From the sequence record MN894885.1: DNA of 64,000 nucleotides. The stretch is one strand, 5' to 3'. This DNA is from Escherichia phage Ec_Makalu_001. Numbering within the stretch: the first letter of the stretch is position 1; each line of letters opens with the position of its first letter. Positions 1 through 9,357 of this stretch are shown here, in pieces. Under the pieces are notes generated by a model. It was not told the origin of the DNA. It saw only the letters and a list, made by a program, of their open reading frames with translations, and ran no database searches. The position numbers were made by a program, and so were the translations under genes.

Positions 1-27
1 ATTAAGGCAAATACAGGATTCATAAAC

Positions 28-1269
28 ATGACTCATATTTTTACTGAACTGTTGCGGGAATCTACTTCCTCAGTAGCTAACCAGACAGCGCGACCGCAAC
101 TATTATCATTAACTCGCGCGGTAAACAACCTGATTTTCTCTGATCTGGTAGCAATCCAGCCAACGGATCAACCAGTATCTGCATTGTACGGCCTACGTTA
201 TCTTAATCGTGATGGACAGATGACTTTCCGAACTGCTGCAACCTACGGTGGTGCGGTTGGTGGTCGCACAGAGATTGAAGAGTTTTCAAAAGAAAAATCT
301 TATGACGAAGGCGCACTATTCAAATCAGGCGATGTTGTATACGAAGTTGTGACCGCTGGTACAGTCGGTGAAGATGCCGCAACTCCAGAAGCTGCGATCT
401 TTAAAGGCGTAATGACAAACAAAATTCGTTTCTATAGCGATTGTGCATCGGTAGAATACTTTGAAGATAAAAACACCGAAATTGCGTCTACCTCTATGCA
501 GTTTGACAAGTGGCAAGTTAATGTAGGTTCTCGTAAACTGAAAACCTCGTTCACCACTGAATTAATGCAGGATCTTGAGGCAAGCCAAATCAACTCTGAA
601 AACTCTGTAATTGATCTTCTGGCTACTGTTGCTTCCGAAGAGATCAACAAAGATATTATTCAGAAGTTGATCACTGTATCATCTCGCTATAAAATTAAAG
701 GGATCACCCCTGATGGCGTACTTTCTCTCGTTAGCGTTCAGGATGCACCAACACAAGCGCGTGAACTTTACCGCTATGCTTGCGAGATGAGCAATCAAAT
801 GTTGCGGACTTCCTCCTTTGCTGGTACATACGTTTTGGCGTCTTCTCGCGTGGTTGGCCTCCTGCAATCTTCCGGTTGGATGGAAGAAACCGACAATGCT
901 CTAAGCGAAGGTCGTCTACGTTGCGGTCTGGAAGTTTACGCAGACACGACAACACCTTTCGATTATATGCTCGTTGGTTGCAAGCACATGATCGGTGATA
1001 TGGAGAGTGTCGGTTCTCTGTTCTACTCCCCATATACAGAAGCCGACGGCGCTGGCGCGTATAAGAGCGTAATTGACCCTAATAGCTTCCAGCATCATGT
1101 AGCTATTATGAATCGTTATTCACTCTCTGTCAACCCATACACATCAAAAGTTGATCAGGAAGAACACCAGGTCATCAAGGGTGACGATTGGGGTAAAATG
1201 GCTGGACGTTCAGAAATGTCCTACATTTTAGGAATCGAACTGCCACCACTTGAGATTGACAACGCTTAA
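28..1269 (+). CDS. 24: Capsid vertex protein gp24
   Basis: 413 aa ORF; N-terminal region and overall length closely resemble remembered T4 gp24 (e.g. LLRESTxxxxN, LTRAxxxLIxSDxVAxQxTxQPVxAxYGxxYLN); position upstream of hoc/uvsW matches T4 synteny. Confidence 0.88.
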   Translation: MTHIFTELLRESTSSVANQTARPQLLSLTRAVNNLIFSDLVAIQPTDQPVSALYGLRYLNRDGQMTFRTAATYGGAVGGRTEIEEFSKEKSYDEGALFKSGDVVYEVVTAGTVGEDAATPEAAIFKGVMTNKIRFYSDCASVEYFEDKNTEIASTSMQFDKWQVNVGSRKLKTSFTTELMQDLEASQINSENSVIDLLATVASEEINKDIIQKLITVSSRYKIKGITPDGVLSLVSVQDAPTQARELYRYACEMSNQMLRTSSFAGTYVLASSRVVGLLQSSGWMEETDNALSEGRLRCGLEVYADTTTPFDYMLVGCKHMIGDMESVGSLFYSPYTEADGAGAYKSVIDPNSFQHHVAIMNRYSLSVNPYTSKVDQEEHQVIKGDDWGKMAGRSEMSYILGIELPPLEIDNA

Positions 1270-1857
1270 CTAAATATCTAACCAAGACAAGTCAGATCCG
1301 CCCAAGATTTTTTCGACGGCGGATCTATTTTCTTGATGATATAAGTTAAAACATGGTATCCCATGTCTACGGGCAACATAAACAGCAATTCGAGTTCCTC
1401 CCGAAACGATTCCATTAACTTCTTTAGCCCAGAATATCACACAATCTACAGGATCATCAAGTGTCTCACCTAAGACTTGAGCAACATTTCTAGAAAACAG
1501 ATTTTGCATGTATAACGGTATAGAACGAGGATTATCATAAACGTGTTCTAATTCATCCATCGCCAGATTTTTTTGTTCTAAGGTTTGCCATGCAATCACA
1601 TCATGACCGTTATGCTTGTGATCATAAAACTTCCAATTTGGAATGAAAATTTTTCTATAATCTGGATCGTAATACTTCATGAAAGCATTGTCCATACCGT
1701 AAGCCCCTCCAGAATGCGCTACAACGCGATTTTCTGACAATACCCTCCCAATGGTACTAGCCATTATCAAAATGTCGCTAGGCGCTTTTCTAGAGCCTAT
1801 TAAAGCACATCTACGAAGTGGTTTTACTCCAAATAGATCTTGTAACTGGTCAAACAT
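1270..1857 (-). CDS. DprA/Smf-like Rossmann-fold (SLOG superfamily) protein, function unknown
   Basis: 195 aa ORF with GGAGG RBS upstream; motif IGSRKA...VVAHSGGAYGMD resembles the DprA/Smf Rossmann domain signature; occupies the position where T4 carries rnlB but lacks a ligase KxDG motif. Confidence 0.45.
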   Translation of the reverse strand: MFDQLQDLFGVKPLRRCALIGSRKAPSDILIMASTIGRVLSENRVVAHSGGAYGMDNAFMKYYDPDYRKIFIPNWKFYDHKHNGHDVIAWQTLEQKNLAMDELEHVYDNPRSIPLYMQNLFSRNVAQVLGETLDDPVDCVIFWAKEVNGIVSGGTRIAVYVARRHGIPCFNLYHQENRSAVEKILGGSDLSWLDI

Positions 1858-2010
1858 AATATTTCCTCCATAGAAAGCAATATCATACTACAAGTTAATA
1901 ACAAATACAAGTATCCGCGTAGCGGAAGCGAGCACAGCGAGCAATAAAACACTTCCAATAATTGATTAATAAATGTTCGAAACAAATTTTTATTATTCTA
2001 TAAGATAAGT

Positions 2011-2180
2011 CTTCGTTTTGATCATAATTTAATCATACATGTAAAAACGACACAAAAGGATATCGCTTCGCGAACTCCTACGGAGTATAACATTTGTGTT
2101 ACATTATGTGGTGATTAATAATTAATCAAAGATACATTTTCTATGTTCTAAAGATCTTTCTTCGTTTTGATCATAATTTA
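2011..2180. repeat. 21-bp direct repeat pair (cttcgttttgatcataattta at 2011-2031 and 2160-2180) in long AT-rich intergenic region
   Basis: Exact 21-nt match read directly in the sequence, copies ~150 bp apart, inside the 410-bp non-coding gap 1858-2270. Confidence 0.6.
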
Positions 2181-2237
2181 GTCAAACAGTATTAATATTG
2201 TCCATATGTAAACTAAAATTATGTCAGTAATAGATAC

Positions 2238-2261
2238 AAAAAAGCCGCCCCGAAGGACGGC
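2238..2261 (-). terminator. Rho-independent terminator (minus strand)
   Basis: GC-rich hairpin gccgccc-cgaa-gggcggc on the minus strand followed by U-run (A-run 2238-2243 on plus), immediately downstream of the 2271..2708 gene. Confidence 0.6.
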
Positions 2262-2270
2262 TAATGTTAA

Positions 2271-2708
2271 TTATTTGTTGATAACGATCTGATTTCGGCG
2301 AATGGTAACATTACTCTTAGAGATGATCAGATCATCCGGCACTACGTTAGTTTTGTATGGTTGGAAGCGAACAAGCATCTGATTGCGTTTAGACCCTTCC
2401 TTAATCTTGATTTCCATCTGGATATTGTTGCCTACGTGAGCAACCGCAATTTCACCTTTATTCTCATAGACCCACTTGCTGGTAACGTCTCCCGCAAAAG
2501 CCTTAATAACTTGCAATGCTTCGTCGTATGCGGTAGAGCTGTGAACTTTCAGAAGGCCAGCCGTAGCAAGACGGGAGCAGGTGATCGCCGGAGATTGCCA
2601 AACATCAACATTAATTTGCTCAATCAGAGTAACACCGCCCTGATCAACTGCTTTGAATGCTTCGAACATTGCCTTTTTCATTGCTACGTGGTTTTTACGG
2701 AATTTCAT
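2271..2708 (-). CDS. Hypothetical protein (145 aa)
   Basis: ORF with RBS (GAGGTG) upstream and terminator downstream; no recognisable motif. Confidence 0.5.
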   Translation of the reverse strand: MKFRKNHVAMKKAMFEAFKAVDQGGVTLIEQINVDVWQSPAITCSRLATAGLLKVHSSTAYDEALQVIKAFAGDVTSKWVYENKGEIAVAHVGNNIQMEIKIKEGSKRNQMLVRFQPYKTNVVPDDLIISKSNVTIRRNQIVINK

Positions 2709-2754
2709 AATTAGTCACCTCTATTGATTAGTTATTCAGAATATTAATTACAAA

Positions 2755-3030
2755 TCAGGACATTGCCCGTTTGAATGCGTCCATTATAACAGTGTTATTT
2801 GGCTTGTCAACACGTTTTTGAACTTTATTTTTAAATTTTTTGTTTATGTGGTGTTTACGATAAACAACCTTTTCACGGCTGGCGTAAGCCTCGCGTGCAT
2901 CTTTTACCATCAACCATGCCTTAGCCGCATCTTGTCCGCTGATCCCGCCAATCTTCTTAGCAATATCAACAAAATTAAGACCGTGATCTTCGCGTAGCAT
3001 GTAAACCATTAACGCTGTTTTCTTGTCCAT
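2755..3030 (-). CDS. Hypothetical small basic protein, possible DNA-binding
   Basis: 91 aa ORF, lysine/arginine-rich C-terminus; start overlaps stop of upstream ORF 3030..3227 (coupled). Confidence 0.4.
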   Translation of the reverse strand: MDKKTALMVYMLREDHGLNFVDIAKKIGGISGQDAAKAWLMVKDAREAYASREKVVYRKHHINKKFKNKVQKRVDKPNNTVIMDAFKRAMS

Positions 3031-3227
3031 TACTTCGCCTCATTGACGATTAACAGGATAGTGATCAGTACCGGAAACTGGATCATGACAGTACCAATAA
3101 ACCGGATAAACGCATTTTCTGACTTCCACACATGACATGCGACTAGCTGATAGACCATTGTTGCAACCAAAGCCAGAAAATACATCTCGATTGGCGTTTC
3201 TTTGATCAATCGTACAATCTCATTCAT
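3030..3227 (-). CDS. Small hydrophobic membrane protein (65 aa)
   Basis: Two hydrophobic segments (LALVATMVYQLVA, VMIQFPVLITILLIV). Confidence 0.4.
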   Translation of the reverse strand: MNEIVRLIKETPIEMYFLALVATMVYQLVACHVWKSENAFIRFIGTVMIQFPVLITILLIVNEAK

Positions 3228-3391
3228 ACTTCACCTCATACATTCATAAACACAACAACGAATAGGACAGTAACAGTTATTAAAGCCATTTTCAACCCCA
3301 TATTCATAATATTTTCTTCGCCTCACGATGACAGTAGCATGTCGATGCGTGCCATTATAGGCATCTAAATCGCTCTGTCAAGCACAAAAAC

Positions 3392-3416
3392 AAAAAAGCC
3401 ACCCCGAAGGATGGCT
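3392..3416 (-). terminator. Rho-independent terminator (minus strand)
   Basis: Hairpin agccatcc-ttcg-gggtggct on minus strand followed by U-run; downstream of hoc stop. Confidence 0.6.
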
Positions 3417-3427
3417 GATAGATTTCA

Positions 3428-4630
3428 TTAATCACGAATGCGTAGAACTCGCTCTAACGTCTCTCGGTCCAGTTTATGTAACTCTTTGGAATGATACATG
3501 AAACCATTGCGAGATTCCATGCAAGTGCAATCACTATATTTTTCTTCCGCTGCCGCGATTGTCTCCAGATCTTTGGCGTACTTGCTGGTTGAATAAACTT
3601 CTCGGTTACGCCACTCTAACCCAGCCTCATTGAATTTAACAATCTCGTCAAATACCCACCATCCAATGTAGATAAATGAAGTTTTGCGCCACGGGATCGG
3701 GTGTACGTAACGAAACATTTTAACAACTTCCATTGAACATTTTCTACTTGTACTTGTTGCAACTTCTACTGTTTCATCTTCGATCTGTTGATATAGTTTA
3801 GCAACACACCAGAATTTGGCTGTGTCATCGTAAGTAGCACTCTCTTTGAACAGATGACCGTCTAGCATGATAGAAAATCCTTCCAGTGCTTCGCCGACCT
3901 CACTACCGATTAGAGTCGGTGACAGTTGTCCTTCGCGCTGCAAATACCAGTTATGTTTGATCGTCAATGTAGGCATACCGCTAGAATCGCCTACAATGTC
4001 CTCTGACACAACATAATTAAGTGAGATCTCATTACCTAGTGCCACGGTCTTTGATTCCACCACATCCTGTTCTACGTTCATTGTTGCCAGCATGATTTTA
4101 GTCGATGCGCTATCGGCTGAATCTTCCGACTCACCCCACACTTTTACAGTATACACGCCGTTTTTATCTGCTGTAAATTTTTGGATCGTAATATCCTGTG
4201 TTGTGTCTATAACTTCTTCGCCCTTACTCCAACTATAATGTAGTTCATAGTTGTCTGCTGGAGTCTTCCCACCCGAAAATTTTACTGTTGCATGTAATTC
4301 TACGTTTGTTTGTGATGATACGTAGAATTGCTGCGGTTCGGTGATATTTACGATTAATTCAGCTTCTTCCATGAGGAAAACTTCAGATTCTACTGATTCC
4401 ATCGTATCGGTATCTTGTACCGTTACTTTATAGCTACCCGCATTTTCACTTGTTGCGTCTGCTACAGTTAGCGTAGCTGTGCTATTTTCATGCGGTTGGT
4501 CGTCTTTTGTCCATGTATATGTCAAATTGCTGGGTAATGGTTCGTCACCCGCTACAGTCGCCGTTAAGGTGAAACCATCTCCAGCAAGAAAACATCTTTT
4601 GTTGGATTGTATTGATACTGTGAAAGCCAT
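3428..4630 (-). CDS. hoc: Hoc-like outer capsid decoration protein with Ig-like repeats
   Basis: 400 aa ORF; repeated beta-rich Ig-like segments (e.g. YTWTKDDQ...SYKVTVQD; YSWSKGEE...VYTVKVWG) and conserved C-terminal capsid-binding-like region; position between gene 24 and uvsW as in T4. Confidence 0.7.
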   Translation of the reverse strand: MAFTVSIQSNKRCFLAGDGFTLTATVAGDEPLPSNLTYTWTKDDQPHENSTATLTVADATSENAGSYKVTVQDTDTMESVESEVFLMEEAELIVNITEPQQFYVSSQTNVELHATVKFSGGKTPADNYELHYSWSKGEEVIDTTQDITIQKFTADKNGVYTVKVWGESEDSADSASTKIMLATMNVEQDVVESKTVALGNEISLNYVVSEDIVGDSSGMPTLTIKHNWYLQREGQLSPTLIGSEVGEALEGFSIMLDGHLFKESATYDDTAKFWCVAKLYQQIEDETVEVATSTSRKCSMEVVKMFRYVHPIPWRKTSFIYIGWWVFDEIVKFNEAGLEWRNREVYSTSKYAKDLETIAAAEEKYSDCTCMESRNGFMYHSKELHKLDRETLERVLRIRD

Positions 4631-4968
4631 ATAAAGCCACTCCCATAGAAAATCCGAATTTAATTAATTGAAATAGTTGATTGCCATCAACCAGATAACC
4701 ATTGCGAGATTCCAATACATGAGTATTAGAATAGTGATGTAACGAGGCCGAAATAGTATCGATCTCGTCTTGGTATTTGTTCTGTTATAAAGTCTGCTGT
4801 ACTAACAACAATCTTTAACAGAAGTGGATGACCAACGGAGCCATAAACCGGACCTTCTGTTTGATGTAATACATTGATTTTGTTAGACATGTAGTATCCT
4901 CTTTTAATTGCATAACGGAACTACAATTAAAATTATAACAAATATTTCACAACTTTTATCACCCAAAA

Positions 4969-5694
4969 TTACTTGAGTGTGTGGAATTGGCTATGTTTAG
5001 TCTCTCGCACCTTGACAGACCCATCGCGTTTGATATAATAGATCAGTGACTTGAGGGTGTCGTGTACATACGCGTGCGGGAAACGCTCTGGATACTTCTT
5101 CCAATCTGGAGTATTAACGATCCAGTCGAAAATCCACCACGGGCAGGAGTAGTAACCACGACCGCCACCGATCAAGCAAATGGTCGGACGGAAACCAGTA
5201 AGATCACAAAATGAATCAGTGTCATGTGCAGGAGAACGATGCTCTGCTTCGTCAGAGAAAATGTTTGCTACCGGAGATTCCACTTTAACTTCCGGTGCTT
5301 CTTCAACATCTGACTTAACTTCTTCGACCACTGGTTCAACTGCTGGAGATTCTTCTTTTGTTTCTTCAATGACGATCTCAGGTTCTTTCATTGCTTCAAC
5401 CAGAGACGGATCAACTTCGTCGAATACCACTTTATCATCTGCGGTATCTGCTGCCAGAATAAGGTCGTTAATACTGGTTCCTTCTGCCGGAGTTTCTTCT
5501 TCCATTTCGGAAGCCAGTTTAGTTAATTCGGTTTCTACGAACTCGATCATGTTCTCTAGTGATAAAGTCTTTTTGACCTTGATATCAAATTGTTTTGCAT
5601 AGTCTGCTAATTCTGTTTTAGCTGTTTTCTGTGCTTCTTTGTCGTCGGACGCCGCAATAGCGCGGAGTTCTTCGAAATATTCTTTATCAAACAT
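4969..5694 (-). CDS. Acidic protein, possibly Inh-like (prohead protease inhibitor); assignment by synteny only
   Basis: 241 aa ORF at the hoc-uvsW position where T4 has inh; long acidic E/D-rich central region; C-terminal Cys/Trp-rich segment. Confidence 0.35.
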   Translation of the reverse strand: MFDKEYFEELRAIAASDDKEAQKTAKTELADYAKQFDIKVKKTLSLENMIEFVETELTKLASEMEEETPAEGTSINDLILAADTADDKVVFDEVDPSLVEAMKEPEIVIEETKEESPAVEPVVEEVKSDVEEAPEVKVESPVANIFSDEAEHRSPAHDTDSFCDLTGFRPTICLIGGGRGYYSCPWWIFDWIVNTPDWKKYPERFPHAYVHDTLKSLIYYIKRDGSVKVRETKHSQFHTLK

Positions 5695-5720
5695 GCTATT
5701 CTCCTGATTGGGGGTGTTTG

Positions 5721-5728
5721 TATAAATA
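5721..5728 (+). promoter_or_regulatory. T4-type late promoter motif TATAAATA upstream of uvsW
   Basis: Exact TATAAATA ~22 bp upstream of the uvsW start; T4 late promoters are defined by this -10 element. Confidence 0.4.
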
Positions 5729-5749
5729 TTTGTATACTGTATTTATTGA

Positions 5750-7267
5750 GTGAGGCTATTCGCTATGCAAGATATTAAAATTCACTTTCTGAACTACTCC
5801 CACGTTCAAATTGAATGTAGCGATTCAATTTTATTAGAAATGCGAGATTATTTTAGTTTTGAAGTCGAGGGAGCGCGGTTTCAAAAAAGATTTAAGTATG
5901 GCGGATGGGATGGGCGTATTCGTCTTTTAGATTACAATGGAAAGTTGCCAATCGGACTAACTAAAACCGTTGGTATCTTCGCTAAAAATATGGGTTATTC
6001 TGTTTGGGTAGACCCTCGCTTATTCGAGAAAGAACAGGTTACAGAAGAAGAGATCACAAAATGGTGTAACGACTTAGAATTATATTCCGGTGCTAACAGG
6101 ATCACCCCGCATTGGTATCAATCAAAGGCTGTCTTTGAAGGTATTCATCATAAACGCCGTATGTTAGTTTTGCCTACGTCCGCTGGTAAATCTGCGATTG
6201 CTTGTATGTTGTCTCGCTGGTACTTAGAGAACTACGAAGGGAAAGTGCTGATCATCGTTCCTACCACGTCTCTAGTGCTGCAAATGCGAGATGACTTTGT
6301 TGATTATCGCCAGTTTCCTTATGAAGCAATTCATACTATCATGAGCGGTACTAGTAAACACGTAGGTGATCGCCTGATCGTTGTTAGTACGTGGCAATCT
6401 GCATGTAAACAACCTCGTGAGTGGTTCCAACAATTCGGGATGGTTATTGTTGACGAATGTCACAAGGCCACGGCTAAAAACCTGCTAAACATCGTTACTG
6501 ATATGGATCATTGCCAATTTAAGATCGGTATGACTGGTTCCCCTCGTGACGGGAAAGCTAACATGATGCAGTATGTCGGGCTTTTCGGTGATATTTCTAA
6601 GATCGTGAGTATTGACCGCCTGATGGAAGAAGGTCAAGTGACAAAACTGAAAATTAACTGTCTTTTTCTTCGTTATACCGATGAGGAATGTAGCGCGGTT
6701 AAGGGGAGAGAATATGCGGAAGAGATCAAGTATATTACATCTAACCCACGACGTAATAAGTTTGCTTGCAATTTGGCGCTAAAACTCGCTAAGAAGGGCG
6801 AAAACGTATTCCTGATGTTCCGCAACACTAAGCACGGAAAACTTATGTATGATGCGTTACAGAAGGTACATGACAAGGTTTATTATATTGACGGTGGAGT
6901 TAAGACAGAAGAACGTGATGAATTTAAGAAAATGGCGGAAGGTGACACCGGGATCATTTGTGTTGCGTCTTATGGTGTGTTCTCTACTGGTGTTTCCATC
7001 AAGAACTTGCATCATGTTATTTTCGGTCATCCAGTGAAGGAATCAACCATCGTTCGTCAGAGTATCGGTCGTGCATTGCGTAAACATGGTTCTAAGGATA
7101 TTGCTACCGTTTGGGATCTTATCGATCATTTGGCGGTGAAGACAAAGAGCAAGAATGCTAAGAAACAGTTTAGTCACCTTAATTATGCTCTTAAACACGC
7201 GCTTTTGAGGATACAGCTTTACAATACCGATAAATTTGAGTATGCCACGAAAACCATCGAGATTTAA
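5750..7267 (+). CDS. uvsW: UvsW DNA/RNA helicase (SF2)
   Basis: 505 aa; Walker A-like LVLPTSAGKS, DEAH-like VIVDECHKA, helicase C-terminal motifs (QSIGRALR); matches T4 UvsW by length and position. Confidence 0.85.
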   Translation: MRLFAMQDIKIHFLNYSHVQIECSDSILLEMRDYFSFEVEGARFQKRFKYGGWDGRIRLLDYNGKLPIGLTKTVGIFAKNMGYSVWVDPRLFEKEQVTEEEITKWCNDLELYSGANRITPHWYQSKAVFEGIHHKRRMLVLPTSAGKSAIACMLSRWYLENYEGKVLIIVPTTSLVLQMRDDFVDYRQFPYEAIHTIMSGTSKHVGDRLIVVSTWQSACKQPREWFQQFGMVIVDECHKATAKNLLNIVTDMDHCQFKIGMTGSPRDGKANMMQYVGLFGDISKIVSIDRLMEEGQVTKLKINCLFLRYTDEECSAVKGREYAEEIKYITSNPRRNKFACNLALKLAKKGENVFLMFRNTKHGKLMYDALQKVHDKVYYIDGGVKTEERDEFKKMAEGDTGIICVASYGVFSTGVSIKNLHHVIFGHPVKESTIVRQSIGRALRKHGSKDIATVWDLIDHLAVKTKSKNAKKQFSHLNYALKHALLRIQLYNTDKFEYATKTIEI

Positions 7268-7272
7268 TAAAT

Positions 7273-7295
7273 AGGGGCTTTAATGCCCCTTTATT
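7273..7295 (+). terminator. Rho-independent terminator after uvsW
   Basis: Hairpin aggggc-tttaat-gcccct followed by TTATT. Confidence 0.5.
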
Positions 7296-7310
7296 CTACG
7301 GAGATTAAAA

Positions 7311-7547
7311 ATGATTAGCTTTAAACGTTTTTTGGTTGAGGCCGCTATTGACGGTTTCATGAGTAAGATTTATTCTTGTAATACTATCGAGGGATTGAAT
7401 GAACTTGAGGCATATTATGAGAAGCGCAAGAAAGAAACAGAATTGAAACCTGCTGATGATATTTCGATCCGTGATGCCATCGCCGGACGCCGTAAGCAAC
7501 TGGAGGCCGACAACGAGCCAGAAGAGGAGCCGGAAGAGGATTTTTAA
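7311..7547 (+). CDS. UvsW.1-like small acidic protein
   Basis: 78 aa ORF directly downstream of uvsW with RBS; acidic C-terminus; synteny with T4 uvsW.1. Confidence 0.5.
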   Translation: MISFKRFLVEAAIDGFMSKIYSCNTIEGLNELEAYYEKRKKETELKPADDISIRDAIAGRRKQLEADNEPEEEPEEDF

Positions 7548-7552
7548 GATAT

Positions 7553-7577
7553 AAAAAAGCCCCATCAATGATGGGGC
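7553..7577 (-). terminator. Rho-independent terminator (minus strand)
   Basis: Hairpin gccccatcattgatggggc followed by UUUUUU on minus strand. Confidence 0.55.
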
Positions 7578-7610
7578 AAAATAAACCAATTAAAATCGGT
7601 TATCAACAAA

Positions 7611-7787
7611 TTACATTAACAGCATTGTTTGCTCTACGAGTTGTTCTTGTTCTTCGCCGTTCGCATCTTCACTAATCGAACGTTCTGTTACTAGCTGTAA
7701 GCAGTAGCCAGTGTGAACAACGCCGTTTTCTGTCTGGACGGCTAACGCATCCTCGACAGGTTGTTTACAACAAATACAGATTTTCAT
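7611..7787 (-). CDS. Small Cys-rich protein (58 aa), not in the supplied ORF track; possible uvsY.-2 equivalent
   Basis: Own translation: MKICICCKQPVEDALAVQTENGVVHTGYCLQLV...; AGGAGG RBS 7 nt upstream; sits between uvsY and the terminator. Confidence 0.4.
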   Translation of the reverse strand: MKICICCKQPVEDALAVQTENGVVHTGYCLQLVTERSISEDANGEEQEQLVEQTMLLM

Positions 7788-7807
7788 AAAATTCCTCCTG
7801 CATGTAT

Positions 7808-8215
7808 TTAGCGACCAGATTCCAGCATACGCAATTCTATTGCATTCTTGATCGCAAAGCCACGAGATTTAACGATATCAAGTGCGCGACCAGCGAAATC
7901 CATTACCATCTGGTAATATGCAATTTTCGTATCAAGTGGTAAGATCTCGTCATCTGCTGCCATGACAACTTTCAATTCTGATTTCTCATACTCAGCGCGA
8001 CACCAGTCATCACTACGGTTAGTGTAAAAGTCAAGACGATTTTTCATAGCCTTTTTCTTTTTAGCCTCAAGAGCAATCGTCTCTCGCTTCGCCTCGCTGT
8101 AAATCCTTAACCACTTTGAGTATACTACCGGATTATTCAGCGCCTCCCATTGCAACTTAGTCGCATCGATCTTCATGTCAGCTTCTAATTGTTCTTTCAA
8201 ATCGTTTAGGTCCAT
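7808..8215 (-). CDS. uvsY: UvsY recombination mediator
   Basis: 135 aa; strong similarity to remembered T4 UvsY (KLQxEAxNN...YSKWL, C-terminal DxxKSRGFAIK). Confidence 0.88.
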   Translation of the reverse strand: MDLNDLKEQLEADMKIDATKLQWEALNNPVVYSKWLRIYSEAKRETIALEAKKKKAMKNRLDFYTNRSDDWCRAEYEKSELKVVMAADDEILPLDTKIAYYQMVMDFAGRALDIVKSRGFAIKNAIELRMLESGR

Positions 8216-8262
8216 AATATCCCCTTATTCACACTAAGACCTATATCATATCACACGCAAAA

Positions 8263-8661
8263 TCATTTTGCAAGTCTTATGCGTAGTTGTTCAAGATCAT
8301 CTGGGTTATCTATTACTGAAAAGTAGATTGATACTATGATTGAATTATCGTCGTACTGCGGAGTTACTTCTACTGTCAGGTTTCGGACCCGTGGTTCATA
8401 GTTTCGGATTGCCTCATTAATGTTTTTTGATAAGGTATCCACTGTCAGTGGGTTCATGTTCTCAAACAGTGATTTATTGAGGTCACATCCAAACAGTGGA
8501 TCAAATGGACGAGATCCCTTGCGAGTAGTCACGATCAGTAGAATAGAATCCTTAACCGCTTTAATTCCTATGTTCTTTTTAACGTCGTTATTCCACGATC
8601 TGGATATATTGAGATCCAAATCAGTATACATCTGATTAATTGTTGCCATGTTATACCTCAA
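8263..8661 (-). CDS. 25: Baseplate wedge protein gp25 (lysozyme-like fold)
   Basis: 132 aa; TTRKGSRPFDPxFGCDL and FSVIDNPDDxEQ motifs as in T4 gp25. Confidence 0.88.
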   Translation of the reverse strand: MRYNMATINQMYTDLDLNISRSWNNDVKKNIGIKAVKDSILLIVTTRKGSRPFDPLFGCDLNKSLFENMNPLTVDTLSKNINEAIRNYEPRVRNLTVEVTPQYDDNSIIVSIYFSVIDNPDDLEQLRIRLAK

Positions 8662-9287
8662 AGAATTTTAAGGAAACTGGATAGACCTGATAATGAATAT
8701 ACACCAGATTCCCCGCATTCGCATTTGATCGGTACTGCCAGCGTGATTTGATTTCTTGTTAGCTCGTCGATCACTTCTTCCACTTTATCCGTGGTAAGCA
8801 TATCCAACACGCGGTCAAAGTCCTGCGCGTTCAGGTCGTCTATATTGAATTGCTGATCGCCGATCACGATATATTCGATACATGCAATTACCATCTGCAT
8901 AATATCAACATCTTCTGTAAACTTAGGTTGACGAAACTTGATTTTTACTTGTCCTAAGTCTAGAATATACGGTTCGACTTCTGGTATCTGTGTGCGTGAA
9001 ACATCAAGAGAATATACTTTCTCTTTATTGCATACACCACACACCCAAGTAGCATCAATTTTCATCTTATTGAGGCTGTGACACCATAAGAGAAGAAAAA
9101 TATATTCTGCTTCGCATTTCTCTAGCTCTAATGCATTGATCCCCGTACATTCGTATATAATCTCTATAACAACATCTGACAGCTTGCCAGTCTCTTTTGC
9201 TGCTACCAGTTTTTGAAATTCGCCGAAGGTGAAAGCACGGGCGTGTATCAACTTTTCGCCTATTTGGATCTTGAAAAAGTATTGCAT
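8658..9287 (-). CDS. 26: Baseplate hub protein gp26
   Basis: 209 aa ORF coupled to gene 25 (overlapping stop/start); starts MQYFF as T4 gp26; CxxC pairs; synteny. Confidence 0.55.
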   Translation of the reverse strand: MQYFFKIQIGEKLIHARAFTFGEFQKLVAAKETGKLSDVVIEIIYECTGINALELEKCEAEYIFLLLWCHSLNKMKIDATWVCGVCNKEKVYSLDVSRTQIPEVEPYILDLGQVKIKFRQPKFTEDVDIMQMVIACIEYIVIGDQQFNIDDLNAQDFDRVLDMLTTDKVEEVIDELTRNQITLAVPIKCECGESGVYSLSGLSSFLKIL

Positions 9288-9329
9288 AATAAAACACCCT
9301 TTATAAACACATAGAATTATTTAGTATTT

Positions 9330-9337
9330 TATAAATA
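9330..9337 (+). promoter_or_regulatory. T4-type late promoter motif TATAAATA upstream of gene 51
   Basis: Exact TATAAATA 21 bp upstream of the gene 51 ATG. Confidence 0.4.
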
Positions 9338-9357
9338 CCCGAAAGGGGGATTATACC

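Noticed and set aside
1270-1857. rnlB (RNA ligase 2) expected here by T4 synteny
   Set aside because: The ORF is only 195 aa and lacks the nucleotidyltransferase KxDG motif; it carries a DprA-like Rossmann signature instead.
1858-2270. Possible tRNA or small RNA gene in the long intergenic region
   Set aside because: No segment could be folded into a cloverleaf with conserved T-loop or anticodon features by eye; only direct repeats and a terminator are supported.
4727-4891. Possible 54-aa minus-strand ORF between hoc and the downstream gene
   Set aside because: Weak RBS, no cassette promoter and no recognisable features; insufficient support to call.
5180-5602. Plus-strand ORF (140 aa, Ser/Thr-rich) inside the minus-strand gene 4969..5694
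   Set aside because: Antisense shadow of an acidic-repeat coding region; no RBS or promoter; low-complexity translation.
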